From an uncultured Thermoprotei archaeon (GTDB lineage Archaea > Thermoproteota > Thermoprotei > Thermofilales > B15-G2), in NCBI GenBank assembly GCA_965367815.1, contig CBDUKN010000016.1, forward strand, positions 1 through 64,000: 64,000 bases of DNA, written 5' to 3'. Of the stretch, positions 52,678-62,010 are shown one piece after another; positions within the stretch are counted from its first letter, which is position 1, and every line of letters starts with the position of its first letter. Both the position numbers and the translations under genes were made by a program. Under the pieces are notes generated by a model. That model was not told where the DNA came from. It ran no database searches and saw nothing but the letters and a program-made list of their open reading frames with translations.

Positions 52678-52902
52678 TTATTTCTTAAGTGCCTTAAGTA
52701 TCTGGATTCCTGAGAAAATAGATGCTAGGGAATTCAATGCAATAAAAATTAAGTCTGCTTCGAGAACAGCGTATACTGTAAGTAGAACTGAGCCTGTGAA
52801 GTAAAGTAGAGAGAGTCTCAGTGGAACTTCTTTGCCTACACTTATGATCCAGCCAGCAACAATGAACACTAAACCTAAGACACCGAGCACTGCAACTAGC
52901 AC
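52678..52902 (-). CDS. Small 3-TM PQ-loop/SemiSWEET-like membrane protein
   Basis: GW, LY..GS.LL.VY, FI.LN pattern in three helices. Confidence 0.55.
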   Translation of the reverse strand: MLVAVLGVLGLVFIVAGWIISVGKEVPLRLSLLYFTGSVLLTVYAVLEADLIFIALNSLASIFSGIQILKALKK

Positions 52903-53032
52903 AAAGCATACTTTTATGCAGATTATATAAACTTTCTTTAACGCAGATATTTGAAAAAAGGATTTAGTACACTATATTTTCTTTAAACAATATAATGAAA
53001 TAATATTGAGAAAGCTTAAACAGACTTATTGC

Positions 53033-53497
53033 TTAAACAATCTTCTTGCGCACAATATTCACTCTAGTAGAATCAGGTACATCTATTTTCTTAATTACAA
53101 GCTTTCCTCCAATACTTTTCTCACAAACTTTAATAATGACCTCAATAAGTGGACAAGCTACAGGCTCAAATTTCTCCATTTTAGTTAACTCCAAAAACTC
53201 AGCAATCTTCATATTTTTAAGCTCTACTACAACAGTATCTCCTTTCTCGCAAATACACATATCTCCAGCAACCTTCAATTTCTCCACAAAAAGGCTCTTC
53301 ACTTCATCTACTGAAGACTCTTTACTTAAAACACCTCTACGAACAAGATAGCCAATAAGCTCATCTGAAGCGGCCCTAGACAAAACTATACCCCCTTTAT
53401 CCAAAACTTTATACGCTACCTTATTAACAGCATACATATAAGCAACAATAAACAGTCTACTCGGCCCTTCAGACACACCTACTCCTCCTACAACCAT
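53033..53497 (-). CDS. Hypothetical V4R/methanogen-output-domain-like protein
   Basis: Helical N-terminal half, then a beta domain with an ACP motif. Confidence 0.45.
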   Translation of the reverse strand: MVVGGVGVSEGPSRLFIVAYMYAVNKVAYKVLDKGGIVLSRAASDELIGYLVRRGVLSKESSVDEVKSLFVEKLKVAGDMCICEKGDTVVVELKNMKIAEFLELTKMEKFEPVACPLIEVIIKVCEKSIGGKLVIKKIDVPDSTRVNIVRKKIV

Positions 53498-53547
53498 TAT
53501 ATAATACTTATGAAACTTTTCTCAAAACAGAACACACTGCATTTTAC

Positions 53548-54023
53548 CTAAGGACTCAGTACATTTCTGAGCTCTCTCCAGTTATAAAGATCTATTAAAT
53601 CTCTATAATTTTTATGTGTACTCCAAACATTTCTCAAAAGATTATCCTCTGTTAAAAGAGCATCTGCGTAAACTAAAGCTGTCGAAAAAATTATTCTATC
53701 AAAATAGTCCTTTATCCCTAAATCTAACAGCCTATTTTCTTCATCGGCTATTTACTCGTTTACTAGTGGAGTCAACTTTATGAAAGTAGTATAGCGTAAA
53801 AATTCAAGCAAATACCTATACTCTTTTCTTAATTTACTACGAAGAACAGGATTTCCTTTAGATTTACTTATGATAATCCATTTGAGTTCAATAAGGGAAA
53901 CTGGAGACACTAGAAAATAGATGTTTTCGCACTAAACAAGATTTTAGAGTCTTCCTTAGTAAATTTATCTGTTTCAATACCTGATAAAGGCATCAGATAA
54001 GTTGTATCAAGCAGAAGCCTCAT
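53548..54023 (-). pseudogene. vapC: VapC PIN toxin pseudogene (frameshift plus internal TAA)
   Basis: MRLLLDTTYLMP / SPVSLIELKW / KDYFDRIIFSTA / LLTED across frames. Confidence 0.8.
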
Positions 54024-54270
54024 AGGCCAAACTCTTCCTGAATTTTCTCAGATATTTTTCAGCTTCCTCAAAAGATATTTTAAGCACAGGTTTTCTCTCG
54101 AGCAATTCTTCAAGAGTCACAAGTTTCCTAGCAATTACTTCTTTATCAGTCACAATAGCAATAACTTCTCCTGGAGCAGATATTCCAGCCAGTTTTCTCA
54201 GCTCTTTAGTAGTATAGATTTCACCAAGTTTACTCACTTTAAGTCTGAAAATTTTCATTTTTTCGGACAT
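54007..54270 (-). CDS. AbrB-like antitoxin (3' end probably frameshifted in an A5 run)
   Basis: LKVSKLGEIYTTKELRKLAGI. Adding one A near 54058 gives EAEKISEKIQEEFGL* coupled to vapC. Confidence 0.7.
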   Translation of the reverse strand: MSEKMKIFRLKVSKLGEIYTTKELRKLAGISAPGEVIAIVTDKEVIARKLVTLEELLERKPVLKISFEEAEKYLRKFRKSLAYEASA

Positions 54271-54364
54271 CTGATAAAATCCTCTTTTTCCGACTAATTA
54301 ACTATTCTAACAAATTCTTAGGGAAAAGAATTCTACAAGTTGAATACGCGTAGGCAATTAAGTG

Positions 54365-54418
54365 CTATCAGCGAAGGTCGAGGACATCACCTATCAGCCT
54401 TGCCGGAGTCATCACTAA
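54365..54418 (-). ncRNA. C/D-box sRNA
   Basis: GUGAUGA-CUCCGGCAAGG-CUGA-UAG-GUGAUGU-CCUCGACCUUCG-CUGA. The D' guide resembles antisense to archaeal 16S CCUUGCCGGA. Confidence 0.85.
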
Positions 54419-54457
54419 TCTAGGAAATATTCAAGGACTATATAACTTTATAATAAA

Positions 54458-54540
54458 AAGGAGGTGAAGAGGGGCGCCCCCGGCTCAAGCGGGCCCCGCT
54501 TTCATTCAATCCCCTTACGGGACTGTCGGCGGGAGCCCTC
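54458..54540 (-). ncRNA. GC-rich kink-turn hairpin RNA, candidate atypical (ACA-less) H/ACA guide
   Basis: TATAAA ending 24 nt upstream, stem GGGCUCCCGC/GCGGGGCCC, K-turn GA / AAU-GA, apical stem CAGUCCC/GGGAUUG, ends in a U-tract. Confidence 0.7.
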
Positions 54541-54599
54541 AAGAAAACTAGAATAGAGGGAAAATTTATATCTTATTTCAAGAAAGAGTTAACTGTATT

Positions 54600-54653
54600 A
54601 AATGATGAAGGGCTCTTGTACAGAAACGATGAAGAACACTTGATGAACTGACA
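54600..54653 (+). ncRNA. C/D-box sRNA (target not recognised)
   Basis: AUGAUGA-AGGGCUCUUGUA-CAGA-AACG-AUGAAGA-ACACUUGAUGAA-CUGA, two 12-nt guides, TTTATA upstream, T-tract downstream. Confidence 0.7.
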
Positions 54654-54824
54654 TTTTTGTTAGTTGGCCTGTAAATGAGCTGATTAAGTTATACAGAGAA
54701 GGTGTATCTGGTAGCTGAGTATGCCAAGATTTAGAATCGAGTGAATGACTGTATGTCGTTACTTTAACGAGCCAGTGTGTTGAAGAAGAGTAAAGGGAGT
54801 TAACTGCCTTAAGTTTCAGTAAGT

Positions 54825-55784
54825 TTATGGAATATGAGAGGATACAGGAATTATAGGTTCTTCAAAAATGTCTCCGAAGATAGACGTCAGGTCAAGTTCT
54901 CTGTCTAGAATCGGATTTTTCCATGTTGTAATGAAGGCCCATACGCCGTCGCCGTCTTTATCTAGGATCGTGTACCTTAATTCAAGTACAACAAGAGGAT
55001 AAACACGACTGATTTTACGAATACTTCTTGCTAATGCATACCCATTATCAAATAGCTCGTTTATGAAACCTTTACTTACTCCCCATACAGGTATGTATAG
55101 ATCTATAAATTCCATTAAAATTGATTGAAAGATTACTGTATCGAGATAAAGTGAATCTATAATCTTAAAATCTATGTAATTTTCTTCTCTTTCCTTATCA
55201 ATAAATAGTATAACTAAATCGCTGTAAGGCTGTACTATTGGCCCTTCTTTTTTCTTGTATACTGTTCCAGCTACTGTATAGCCGAGTACGCCGTCTCTAT
55301 GGATTGGAATTAAAACAGGAGATATTTCAAATTCATCTTTGTACATAAAAGCAATAAAGTAGTCTCCATTTACTCCAAGTTGATCTAAAGATATGTAAAG
55401 CTTTTTATACTCTGATATTTTACGACTTTTTACTCTAATATTTGAAGTTACGTCGATAAACATTTTTCTCCTTGTTTTAGGGTGTATGCCTACATAGTCG
55501 AATTTAAAGTATTTGTCATTTAGGGAGGTTGAAGGCTTTAGGTTTAATTCTTTTCTATACAAGTGATAGAACAGGAGTTCGTTCTTTAAACCATTAATAA
55601 ACCGTTTATCAATTCTATTGCTGTATGAATCAAGAATACCGGATACTTCTGAGTAAGCTAATTCATCATTGCTGGTTTCTTTTAATACTTTACCATATTC
55701 TTCATGTAATAATTGTCTAAGTTTTTGGTAGTTCCATAGATAGTTGCGAATAAATGATTCCCGGGCTACAATTTGGTTTAACAA
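54825..55784 (-). CDS. Hypothetical protein, putative PD-(D/E)XK nuclease fold
   Basis: GLKNE...FDYVG...FIDVT..K arrangement of acidic residues; AT-rich. Confidence 0.5.
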   Translation of the reverse strand: MLNQIVARESFIRNYLWNYQKLRQLLHEEYGKVLKETSNDELAYSEVSGILDSYSNRIDKRFINGLKNELLFYHLYRKELNLKPSTSLNDKYFKFDYVGIHPKTRRKMFIDVTSNIRVKSRKISEYKKLYISLDQLGVNGDYFIAFMYKDEFEISPVLIPIHRDGVLGYTVAGTVYKKKEGPIVQPYSDLVILFIDKEREENYIDFKIIDSLYLDTVIFQSILMEFIDLYIPVWGVSKGFINELFDNGYALARSIRKISRVYPLVVLELRYTILDKDGDGVWAFITTWKNPILDRELDLTSIFGDIFEEPIIPVSSHIP

Positions 55785-55925
55785 CTATTAAATTATTTCC
55801 GTACAGAAGTGTTGAAAGATACATAAGATACATTTGCTGCGGTCTTAGAGAAAGTCTTTCAGAAGATTTTTTAGTGTGTAAAGTATATGTATTGCTTTAA
55901 TCTAATTTATACTGGGTGGTTTTAA

Positions 55926-56240
55926 GTGAGTAGTCAGAGAGTAGTTAAGAGGGCTTCTGATTTTGTTGAGCGGACAGCTACTTCAGCTGTAGTGTCTTTT
56001 CCGGAGGATGGGTCAGTGTTTGTTATAGATTTTCTGAAGCCTAATATTGATATTGTAGTAGATGAGCGGGGGAAGATTGTTAATGTTCGAGGAGAACTCG
56101 AGATAACTGCGAGAATAGTTCTTCCTCCTATGGTATGTAAAAGGCTACTTAATGCGTTAAAGAATTCTATCGAAAAATATGAATCTGCGTTTGGAGAAAT
56201 ACATGTTAAGAGACCTGGAGGAGAGAAGAGTCGTAGTTAA
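55926..56240 (+). CDS. DUF3467-like protein
   Basis: FVIDF...ARIVLPPMVCKRLLNALKNSIEKYESAFGEI. Confidence 0.7.
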   Translation: MSSQRVVKRASDFVERTATSAVVSFPEDGSVFVIDFLKPNIDIVVDERGKIVNVRGELEITARIVLPPMVCKRLLNALKNSIEKYESAFGEIHVKRPGGEKSRS

Positions 56241-56249
56241 GTCTGCTTA

Positions 56250-57089
56250 GTGGTGAATATGAGCAGGGTTAAAGCAGAAAATATTCCTCGTGTATATTCT
56301 TTCGAATCAGAGGCTCTCTCAGCATTATATACGAGTGTAGCTACGGGGGAAAAGGTAGAGTGTAGTGTAGAGGCTTTTGTGTTGAAAGGGATAGTCTCAT
56401 TTCTTGTACGTGACCAGCTAGTAAGTAGAAGCAGACACTGGTTTATTTTCGGTGAGCCTTCAGCTAAGATTCCGAGGCTTGTTTCTGAAGTAAGAGAAGT
56501 TTCAGAATCCTTCAAGTCAGTAACTACAGAGGCTATTGAAGTCGCGGCTTTAATGGAGAGTATTGAGCGTGAGTGGCCTGAAGTGGCTAGAATTGTGTAT
56601 AAGCTTAAATCAGGTAAGGTTCTCGACGAACGTGATGAAATGTGGGTAAAGGAACTCGCTGAAGCGACTGGGTGGAGTAGAGAAGATGTTATTGAAGACT
56701 TAGCTGAAATCGACTCTGATCCCTCTGAGAGAGCAGAGAAATACAGAAAGCTTTATAGGAAATATTTTCGTGAAGCAGTAGAGTTTAAAGAGAAGGGTGA
56801 CGACCGACAGGCTTCTGAGAAACTCTGGGGAGCTATAGTGGCGTTAATCAAGTTCTATGCGGCTAAAAAGAATGTTCCTATTGTACACTGGAGTCGCGGT
56901 AAGCTAGAACACTTTATTACAAATAGTATTAAGCCTCAGCACCGAAAACTTTTCAGAGACCTACTCGATAAAGGGCAGACTCTTCACGAACACTTCTATG
57001 AAGGACACCTCGATAAAACCACATTTGAAGAAAGATGGAACGAGCTAATAGAACTACTTAAAAAATCCATAGATATCGTGAAACTATAG
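56250..57089 (+). CDS. PaREP1 (HEPN-like) domain protein with N-terminal extension
   Basis: KGDDRQASEKLWGA and LHEHFYE PaREP1 motifs. Confidence 0.8.
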   Translation: MVNMSRVKAENIPRVYSFESEALSALYTSVATGEKVECSVEAFVLKGIVSFLVRDQLVSRSRHWFIFGEPSAKIPRLVSEVREVSESFKSVTTEAIEVAALMESIEREWPEVARIVYKLKSGKVLDERDEMWVKELAEATGWSREDVIEDLAEIDSDPSERAEKYRKLYRKYFREAVEFKEKGDDRQASEKLWGAIVALIKFYAAKKNVPIVHWSRGKLEHFITNSIKPQHRKLFRDLLDKGQTLHEHFYEGHLDKTTFEERWNELIELLKKSIDIVKL

Positions 57090-57501
57090 ATAGTTCTATT
57101 TAAAGACACTAATAGAGGTATTTTAGCTCAGAGAATATAATATTGCTAAAACGAGATACTGTATTTTAACGAAAATTACCTTGAACTCTGCTGGGAAAAT
57201 AAATGTAATAAGTAGGTTTTAGTTACCATAATACCTGTATCTAAATTAGTACTCTTTAATCTCTTTAAGAAGAAGATAAGTATTTATTAACATTGTTAAT
57301 ATTTATACTGGTGGATAGTGCCGAATATTTAAGGTAATTTACTTAATTATACAGCTACTTATTTTAATTTGAATAAAATATTATTGCTTTCTTTTGCTAT
57401 TAAAATTAACAAGCAAAAATTTAAAATAAATTCATTACCTCTACTAACATGAAAATGAGAAGAGAAACAGTACTTAAAATATATAGCAAGAAGGGATTAA
57501 T

Positions 57502-59185
57502 ATGGTTAATATAGTTTTTAGAGATGCTTTTAGGGCTTTAAGATTTATTTGGCGCAAAGCTTTGCTAATAAGTATTGCTATGGCTTTTATTAATGATAAT
57601 AAACTACTATTATGTGCATATAAAAGCTGATTTTATAGATGTTTTATCTGATATAGGTTTGAGGGGCTATTTAGATACTATAGAAATAGTTAATATGATA
57701 GTGCTGCTTTTTATTTTAAGTATTGTATGCGATGTAATTAATTTTGTAAGTGAATATCTTTTGCAGTCAATAGGTCCTCAAGTTTACCGAATTCTTGCCT
57801 CGATGTTCGCTGAGAAACTAATTAGAATAAGACCGTATAGGTTGCTGAGTTCGGGAGATGTTATAGCAAGATTTGTGTCGGATTTAGAGCCTCTTTCTGA
57901 AATTCTTGGGGGACTCGTTATTGCTATAATTATTCAAGTACTTAGAGCAGCTATAGGCACTTATATTCTATATTCATTAAGTCCTCACCTTACTTTAATT
58001 ACTTTAATAACGCTGCCTATATATCTTGTAGTATTTAAGTTAGGGTCTAAGAAAGTTTCAAGTGCTTCTGAGAAAGAAAGAGTAGCTATGTCTAATTTAG
58101 TAGAATCAGTTAAAATGATTACTGATGGAATAAGTTTCATTAAAAGAACTTCTTCTGAAAAATACTTCAAGAAAATATTTGCGGAGAGTCTTTGCTCAAG
58201 AATAAATAGACTTTTAAAGCTTATTTTTATTAAAGAACTACTGCATAGGTCTTTTTATTCTTTAGAAAAGTATCTTTCACTAATGCTTTTGACTATAGGA
58301 GGTTATTTTGTCTACTTAGGATATACTACTATAGGAAGTGTTATTGCATTTATAGGTGCTGTATATAATGTATACGAGCCAACGTACAATTTATCTCAAC
58401 TCTTAACAAGTGTCTCTCTCTACGAACCCTACCTTACTAGATTTTATGAGGTACTAAGTATTGAGGAAGAAGAAGATATTGGAAGAGAATTAAGTAAAAT
58501 AAAGTCTATAGAGTTAAAGAATGTTTACTTTAGAGTTCTAAAGGGAGTTAGTCTTGAAATAAAAGAGGGAGAGAGTATAGGGATAATTGGTCCTACGGCC
58601 TCGGGTAAAACAACGCTGCTTCTTCTACTTTTAAGACTATATGAGCCAGAGAAAGGAAAAGTTCTTATTAATGGAGTCGATTACAAGGAGTATAAAGTTT
58701 CGTCTCTTAGACGCAGAATATATTACTTGCCTCCAGAAGATTTCTTTTTCAAAGGACCACTTATAGATAATTTAACTTTAGGCAAGCATATAGATCGCAG
58801 AAAGATACGTAGAGTTCTGGAAATATCTAAAGCTGACTTCGTTCACGATATTAGTGGAGAGCTTGATCCAGAGAAATTGTCTACTGGTGAAAAACAGAGA
58901 CTAGCTCTCGCTAGAGCACTTCTTTTTGAGCCAGATGTCCTTATTTTGGATGAAGCATTAGATGCAGTAGATTCAATAACAGAAGAAGCCATATTAAAAG
59001 AACTAAAAAATATTTTTAGAGAAAAAATACTTATAATAGTTTCACATAGATCTTCTGCCCTCAAACACGTAGATAAAATATATGTAATCGAAGACGGTAA
59101 AATAATAGACAAGGGATCACATAAAGATCTTTTAAAGAAATGCAAACTATATAAAAATATTTTACTAAAGCAGAATGTCAATTAG
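57502..59185 (+). pseudogene. ABC exporter (fused TMD + NBD), frameshift near the N-terminus (about 57585)
   Basis: ATG at 57502 joins the 57575 ORF if one T is removed. SSGDVIARF, GPTASGKT, LSTGEKQR, ILDEA, SHR. Confidence 0.75.
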
Positions 59186-59795
59186 TTCTATTTCCTAAAT
59201 AATTTTAAAATTAATAAAGATTATTCATAAATAATGTACTTAGCATAGAATATTAATTCAATTAAATGTTTGAACCATGTTATTTAATTAATGGTTGTTA
59301 CATTATTTTGTATTTGTTCGTCTATCCTACGGTAGATTAGTCGCTTTTTAGCAAAAATAGAGTAAAATCAAGTCTATCTATGGCTTAGTTTGAAAAATGT
59401 AAATATTTTACATAAATTTTTGCGAGATATTTATGTCTATGAAATATAGCATGGTTCGGAGATTGTAATTGTATTCGAGTAAAACTCTTCGATGGAATAC
59501 ACTTAAATTACATTTTAGGAGCCTATATGACAAAAAACTAAAACTCATTAAAACATAGGATTTTTATATATCTAACGTTCAATTACACACGAATCTTTCG
59601 GGTAGGGGGAGAGGAGAGGACTTCTCCTGTTCTTCCCGCAATTTTTTCTTTAGTTAATTTTACTCTAACTGAAAGAACCGTAGGACTAAGTATTGGTTGC
59701 CTAAAGTTAGTTAAGTCTCTGAGTCTTTATTTTCCGGTAGCGAGAAAGATTTCGTAAAAGTAAAGCCTAATAAGTTTTCTCTGCAGTAAAGTTAC

Positions 59796-60965
59796 ATGAA
59801 CTCTAAAGCTAGGCTTGTTGAAGCTATTTTATGTGAATCACCTGATCGAGTACCCGTAGCGCTGAGGCCTGGTAGGTTTATTGAGTGGCTTTATGGGAGA
59901 GGTGATTGGAGGGGGCAGCTTAAAGCTACTGAAGACTTCAACTGCGATGGCTTTATTTATGTTGAAATATGGCCTCCTGATCCTCTGCTGTGGTCTGATG
60001 CTCCCTTTCCTAAGCAAGTTAGAGTTAAGAGGAAAATTGTTACTGAAAACGGTAAACGTTATCTTGTGAGAGAAGTTGAGACTCCTAAAGGCTCGTTGAG
60101 AGAAGTTAGGAGAATAGTAGATGAATATCTTTTGGTTAAATTAAGGTCTATGGATATTGTTTCTGATAAATGGTATTCTGAAGAATACCCCCTTATAAAA
60201 GAGTATTTTGTTAAAGATTATAGTGATTTAGATGCTTTAGAATACTTACTCAATCCTTTCACGGGATCTATGCTTAAAGAACTTAAGGACGCTGTAATGG
60301 CTACAGGATCTAAAGGAATAGTTCACGCTTCATTTCCTTCTCCCGTGAATGAAGCAGTACACGCCTATGGTCTAAAAAATCTGCTTGTAGCCTGCTATCG
60401 TGAACCAGGTTTCGTTAGAGAACTTCTTGAAATATTCCAGAGCTATCTCATCGATTTAATTCAGCTAGTGTTGAGTGAGACGGCTGTCGACGCAATTCAT
60501 GTTTCTTGGTGCTATACTTCGCTTAGCTCGGGTTGGAGCCCGAGGCTTTGGGAAAAATATATTGAGCCTCTGGTTAAGGAGCAAGTAGAAGTAACTCATA
60601 TATACGGAGGATTTTATCACTACTATGATGACGGAGAGTGTATGAGGCTTCTGCCTCTTCTCAAAGACTCTGAAATAGATATTCTTTCTACTCTGCCTCC
60701 ACCTCCGCTTGGAGACGCGGATATAGCTGAAGCAAAGAAAATAGTTGGCGACAAAATATGTCTTGTAGGAAATCTTGACATACAGCTTCTCAGATACGGC
60801 AAGCCCGGTGAAGTACTCGAAGCTGCCCGCAGAATTGTTCACGAGACTGCTCCATATCTTGGCTTTATACTGGGGCCTAGCGACGGATTACATGCACATA
60901 CTCCTCTGGAAAACGTTAAGGCTTACGTAAAAGCGGCTGAGAAATATCCTATAGCGGATCATTAA
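59796..60965 (+). CDS. Uroporphyrinogen decarboxylase superfamily protein
   Basis: PDRVPV, ETPKGSL, HYYDDG, PPPLGD, CLVGNLD, GFILGPSD..TPLENV. Confidence 0.85.
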   Translation: MNSKARLVEAILCESPDRVPVALRPGRFIEWLYGRGDWRGQLKATEDFNCDGFIYVEIWPPDPLLWSDAPFPKQVRVKRKIVTENGKRYLVREVETPKGSLREVRRIVDEYLLVKLRSMDIVSDKWYSEEYPLIKEYFVKDYSDLDALEYLLNPFTGSMLKELKDAVMATGSKGIVHASFPSPVNEAVHAYGLKNLLVACYREPGFVRELLEIFQSYLIDLIQLVLSETAVDAIHVSWCYTSLSSGWSPRLWEKYIEPLVKEQVEVTHIYGGFYHYYDDGECMRLLPLLKDSEIDILSTLPPPPLGDADIAEAKKIVGDKICLVGNLDIQLLRYGKPGEVLEAARRIVHETAPYLGFILGPSDGLHAHTPLENVKAYVKAAEKYPIADH

Positions 60966-60996
60966 GCTAAAATCTAAGTTCAGTTTTACTATAAGT

Positions 60997-61052
60997 AGGG
61001 ATGATCGAGTAAGTCCCTCCTGAACTAGTGATGAGCGACCATCCGGTGACCG
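60997..61052 (+). ncRNA. C/D-box sRNA candidate with degenerate terminal boxes
   Basis: GGAUGAU-CGAGUAAGUCCCUC-CUGA-ACUA-GUGAUGA-GCGACCAUCCG-GUGA; GC-rich island in intergenic DNA. Confidence 0.6.
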
Positions 61053-61055
61053 TTA

Positions 61056-61111
61056 AAATCAGCAGCTCGTGCCTGTCTTCATTATTCAGGTTAGAGGAGG
61101 CTCATCACTAA
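61056..61111 (-). ncRNA. C/D-box sRNA targeting the 16S rRNA helix 33-35 region
   Basis: GUGAUGA-GCCUCCUCUAAC-CUGA-AUA-AUGAAGA-CAGGCACGAGCUG-CUGA. Guides are complementary to the conserved 16S AGAGGAGGU and CAGCUCGUGCC. Confidence 0.88.
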
Positions 61112-61140
61112 TACTTCTTTATTCTTAATCAAAAATAAGG

Positions 61141-61869
61141 CTAACTCTCTCCACAGATAGTGCAGTCCTTTCTTCTATAAACTTCTGCTACAGTAAAGGT
61201 ATTTGTATAGCCGTTAAAGAGAAGCATTTTATTTTTCAGTACTTCGCCGAAACCAGTTATTATCTTGAGTGCTTCCTGTACTTCAAGTGCTGCAATTAAG
61301 CCAACTGTCGTCGCTACTATAGGAGGTCTTTCTTCTTCTCTAATTCTTGGAGGCAAAATACATTGAAGGCAAGGAGTTTCACGCGGAATAACTACAAGAA
61401 GCTGTCCACTTAAACCCTTAACTCCAGCGTGAACAAAAGGCTTGTTCTCCTTTACGCAGACTTTATTGACAATAAGTCTTGTTTTCCAATTATCTAGTCC
61501 ATCTACAATTACGTCGGCTTTCTTTACTACTTCTCGGGCATTCTCTTCATTTACCTCAGCTACTACAGGCTCCACTTCTACTTCAGGATAAAATTCTTTG
61601 ATTTTTTCAGCAGCTTTCTCGACCTTAATTTCTCCTATGTCTCGAGTCCAGTAGAGAATCTGCCTATTTAAATTACTTAACTCTACTTTCTCTTTGTCGA
61701 CTAAAGTAAGCCTGCCTACACCTGCTGCAGCTAAATAGAGCGCCGCAAATGAGCCCAATCCACCTACACCTATTACCGCTACCGTAGACTTCTTCAACTT
61801 AACTTGAGCCTCTTCCCCGAAGAGAGCTACTTGCCTAGAAAATCTCTCTTTTTCATTTGCAGACAACAT
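61141..61869 (-). CDS. ThiF/MoeB/E1-like adenylyltransferase (UbaA-like)
   Basis: RFSRQ, GVGGLG, VELSNLNRQ, DGLDN, PCLQC, C-terminal CTIC. Confidence 0.92.
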   Translation of the reverse strand: MLSANEKERFSRQVALFGEEAQVKLKKSTVAVIGVGGLGSFAALYLAAAGVGRLTLVDKEKVELSNLNRQILYWTRDIGEIKVEKAAEKIKEFYPEVEVEPVVAEVNEENAREVVKKADVIVDGLDNWKTRLIVNKVCVKENKPFVHAGVKGLSGQLLVVIPRETPCLQCILPPRIREEERPPIVATTVGLIAALEVQEALKIITGFGEVLKNKMLLFNGYTNTFTVAEVYRRKDCTICGES

Positions 61870-61930
61870 ACACTATGTTTCTACATTATCAACTAAATAT
61901 AGTTTAAGAGCGATGCGGATACCTGCTAGC

Positions 61931-61990
61931 AGTACTTAAGGAGTACAATTAAGTACATAAGTACTACAAGTACTAAAGGTATATAAGTAC
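61931..61990. promoter_or_regulatory. Array of six AGTAC repeats, probable antitoxin operator
   Basis: AGTAC at 61931, 61942, 61952, 61960, 61969 and 61986, flanking the TATATAA box. Confidence 0.6.
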
Positions 61991-62010
61991 GAGTGTATAA
62001 TAATTGGCAT

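Noticed and set aside
54459-54468. GGAGGTGA as a 16S rRNA 3' fragment or a ribosome-binding site
   Set aside because: No flanking 16S sequence and no convincing downstream ORF on the plus strand.
54499-54525. CRISPR-repeat-like GTCCCGTAAGGGGATTGAATGAAAG (minus strand)
   Set aside because: Single copy, no spacers or cas genes; better explained as the K-turn hairpin of a small RNA.
54469-54540. 72-nt GC-rich element as a tRNA or self-cleaving ribozyme
   Set aside because: No 7-bp acceptor stem, T-loop or anticodon arm; no hammerhead CUGANGA/GAAA or HDV core.
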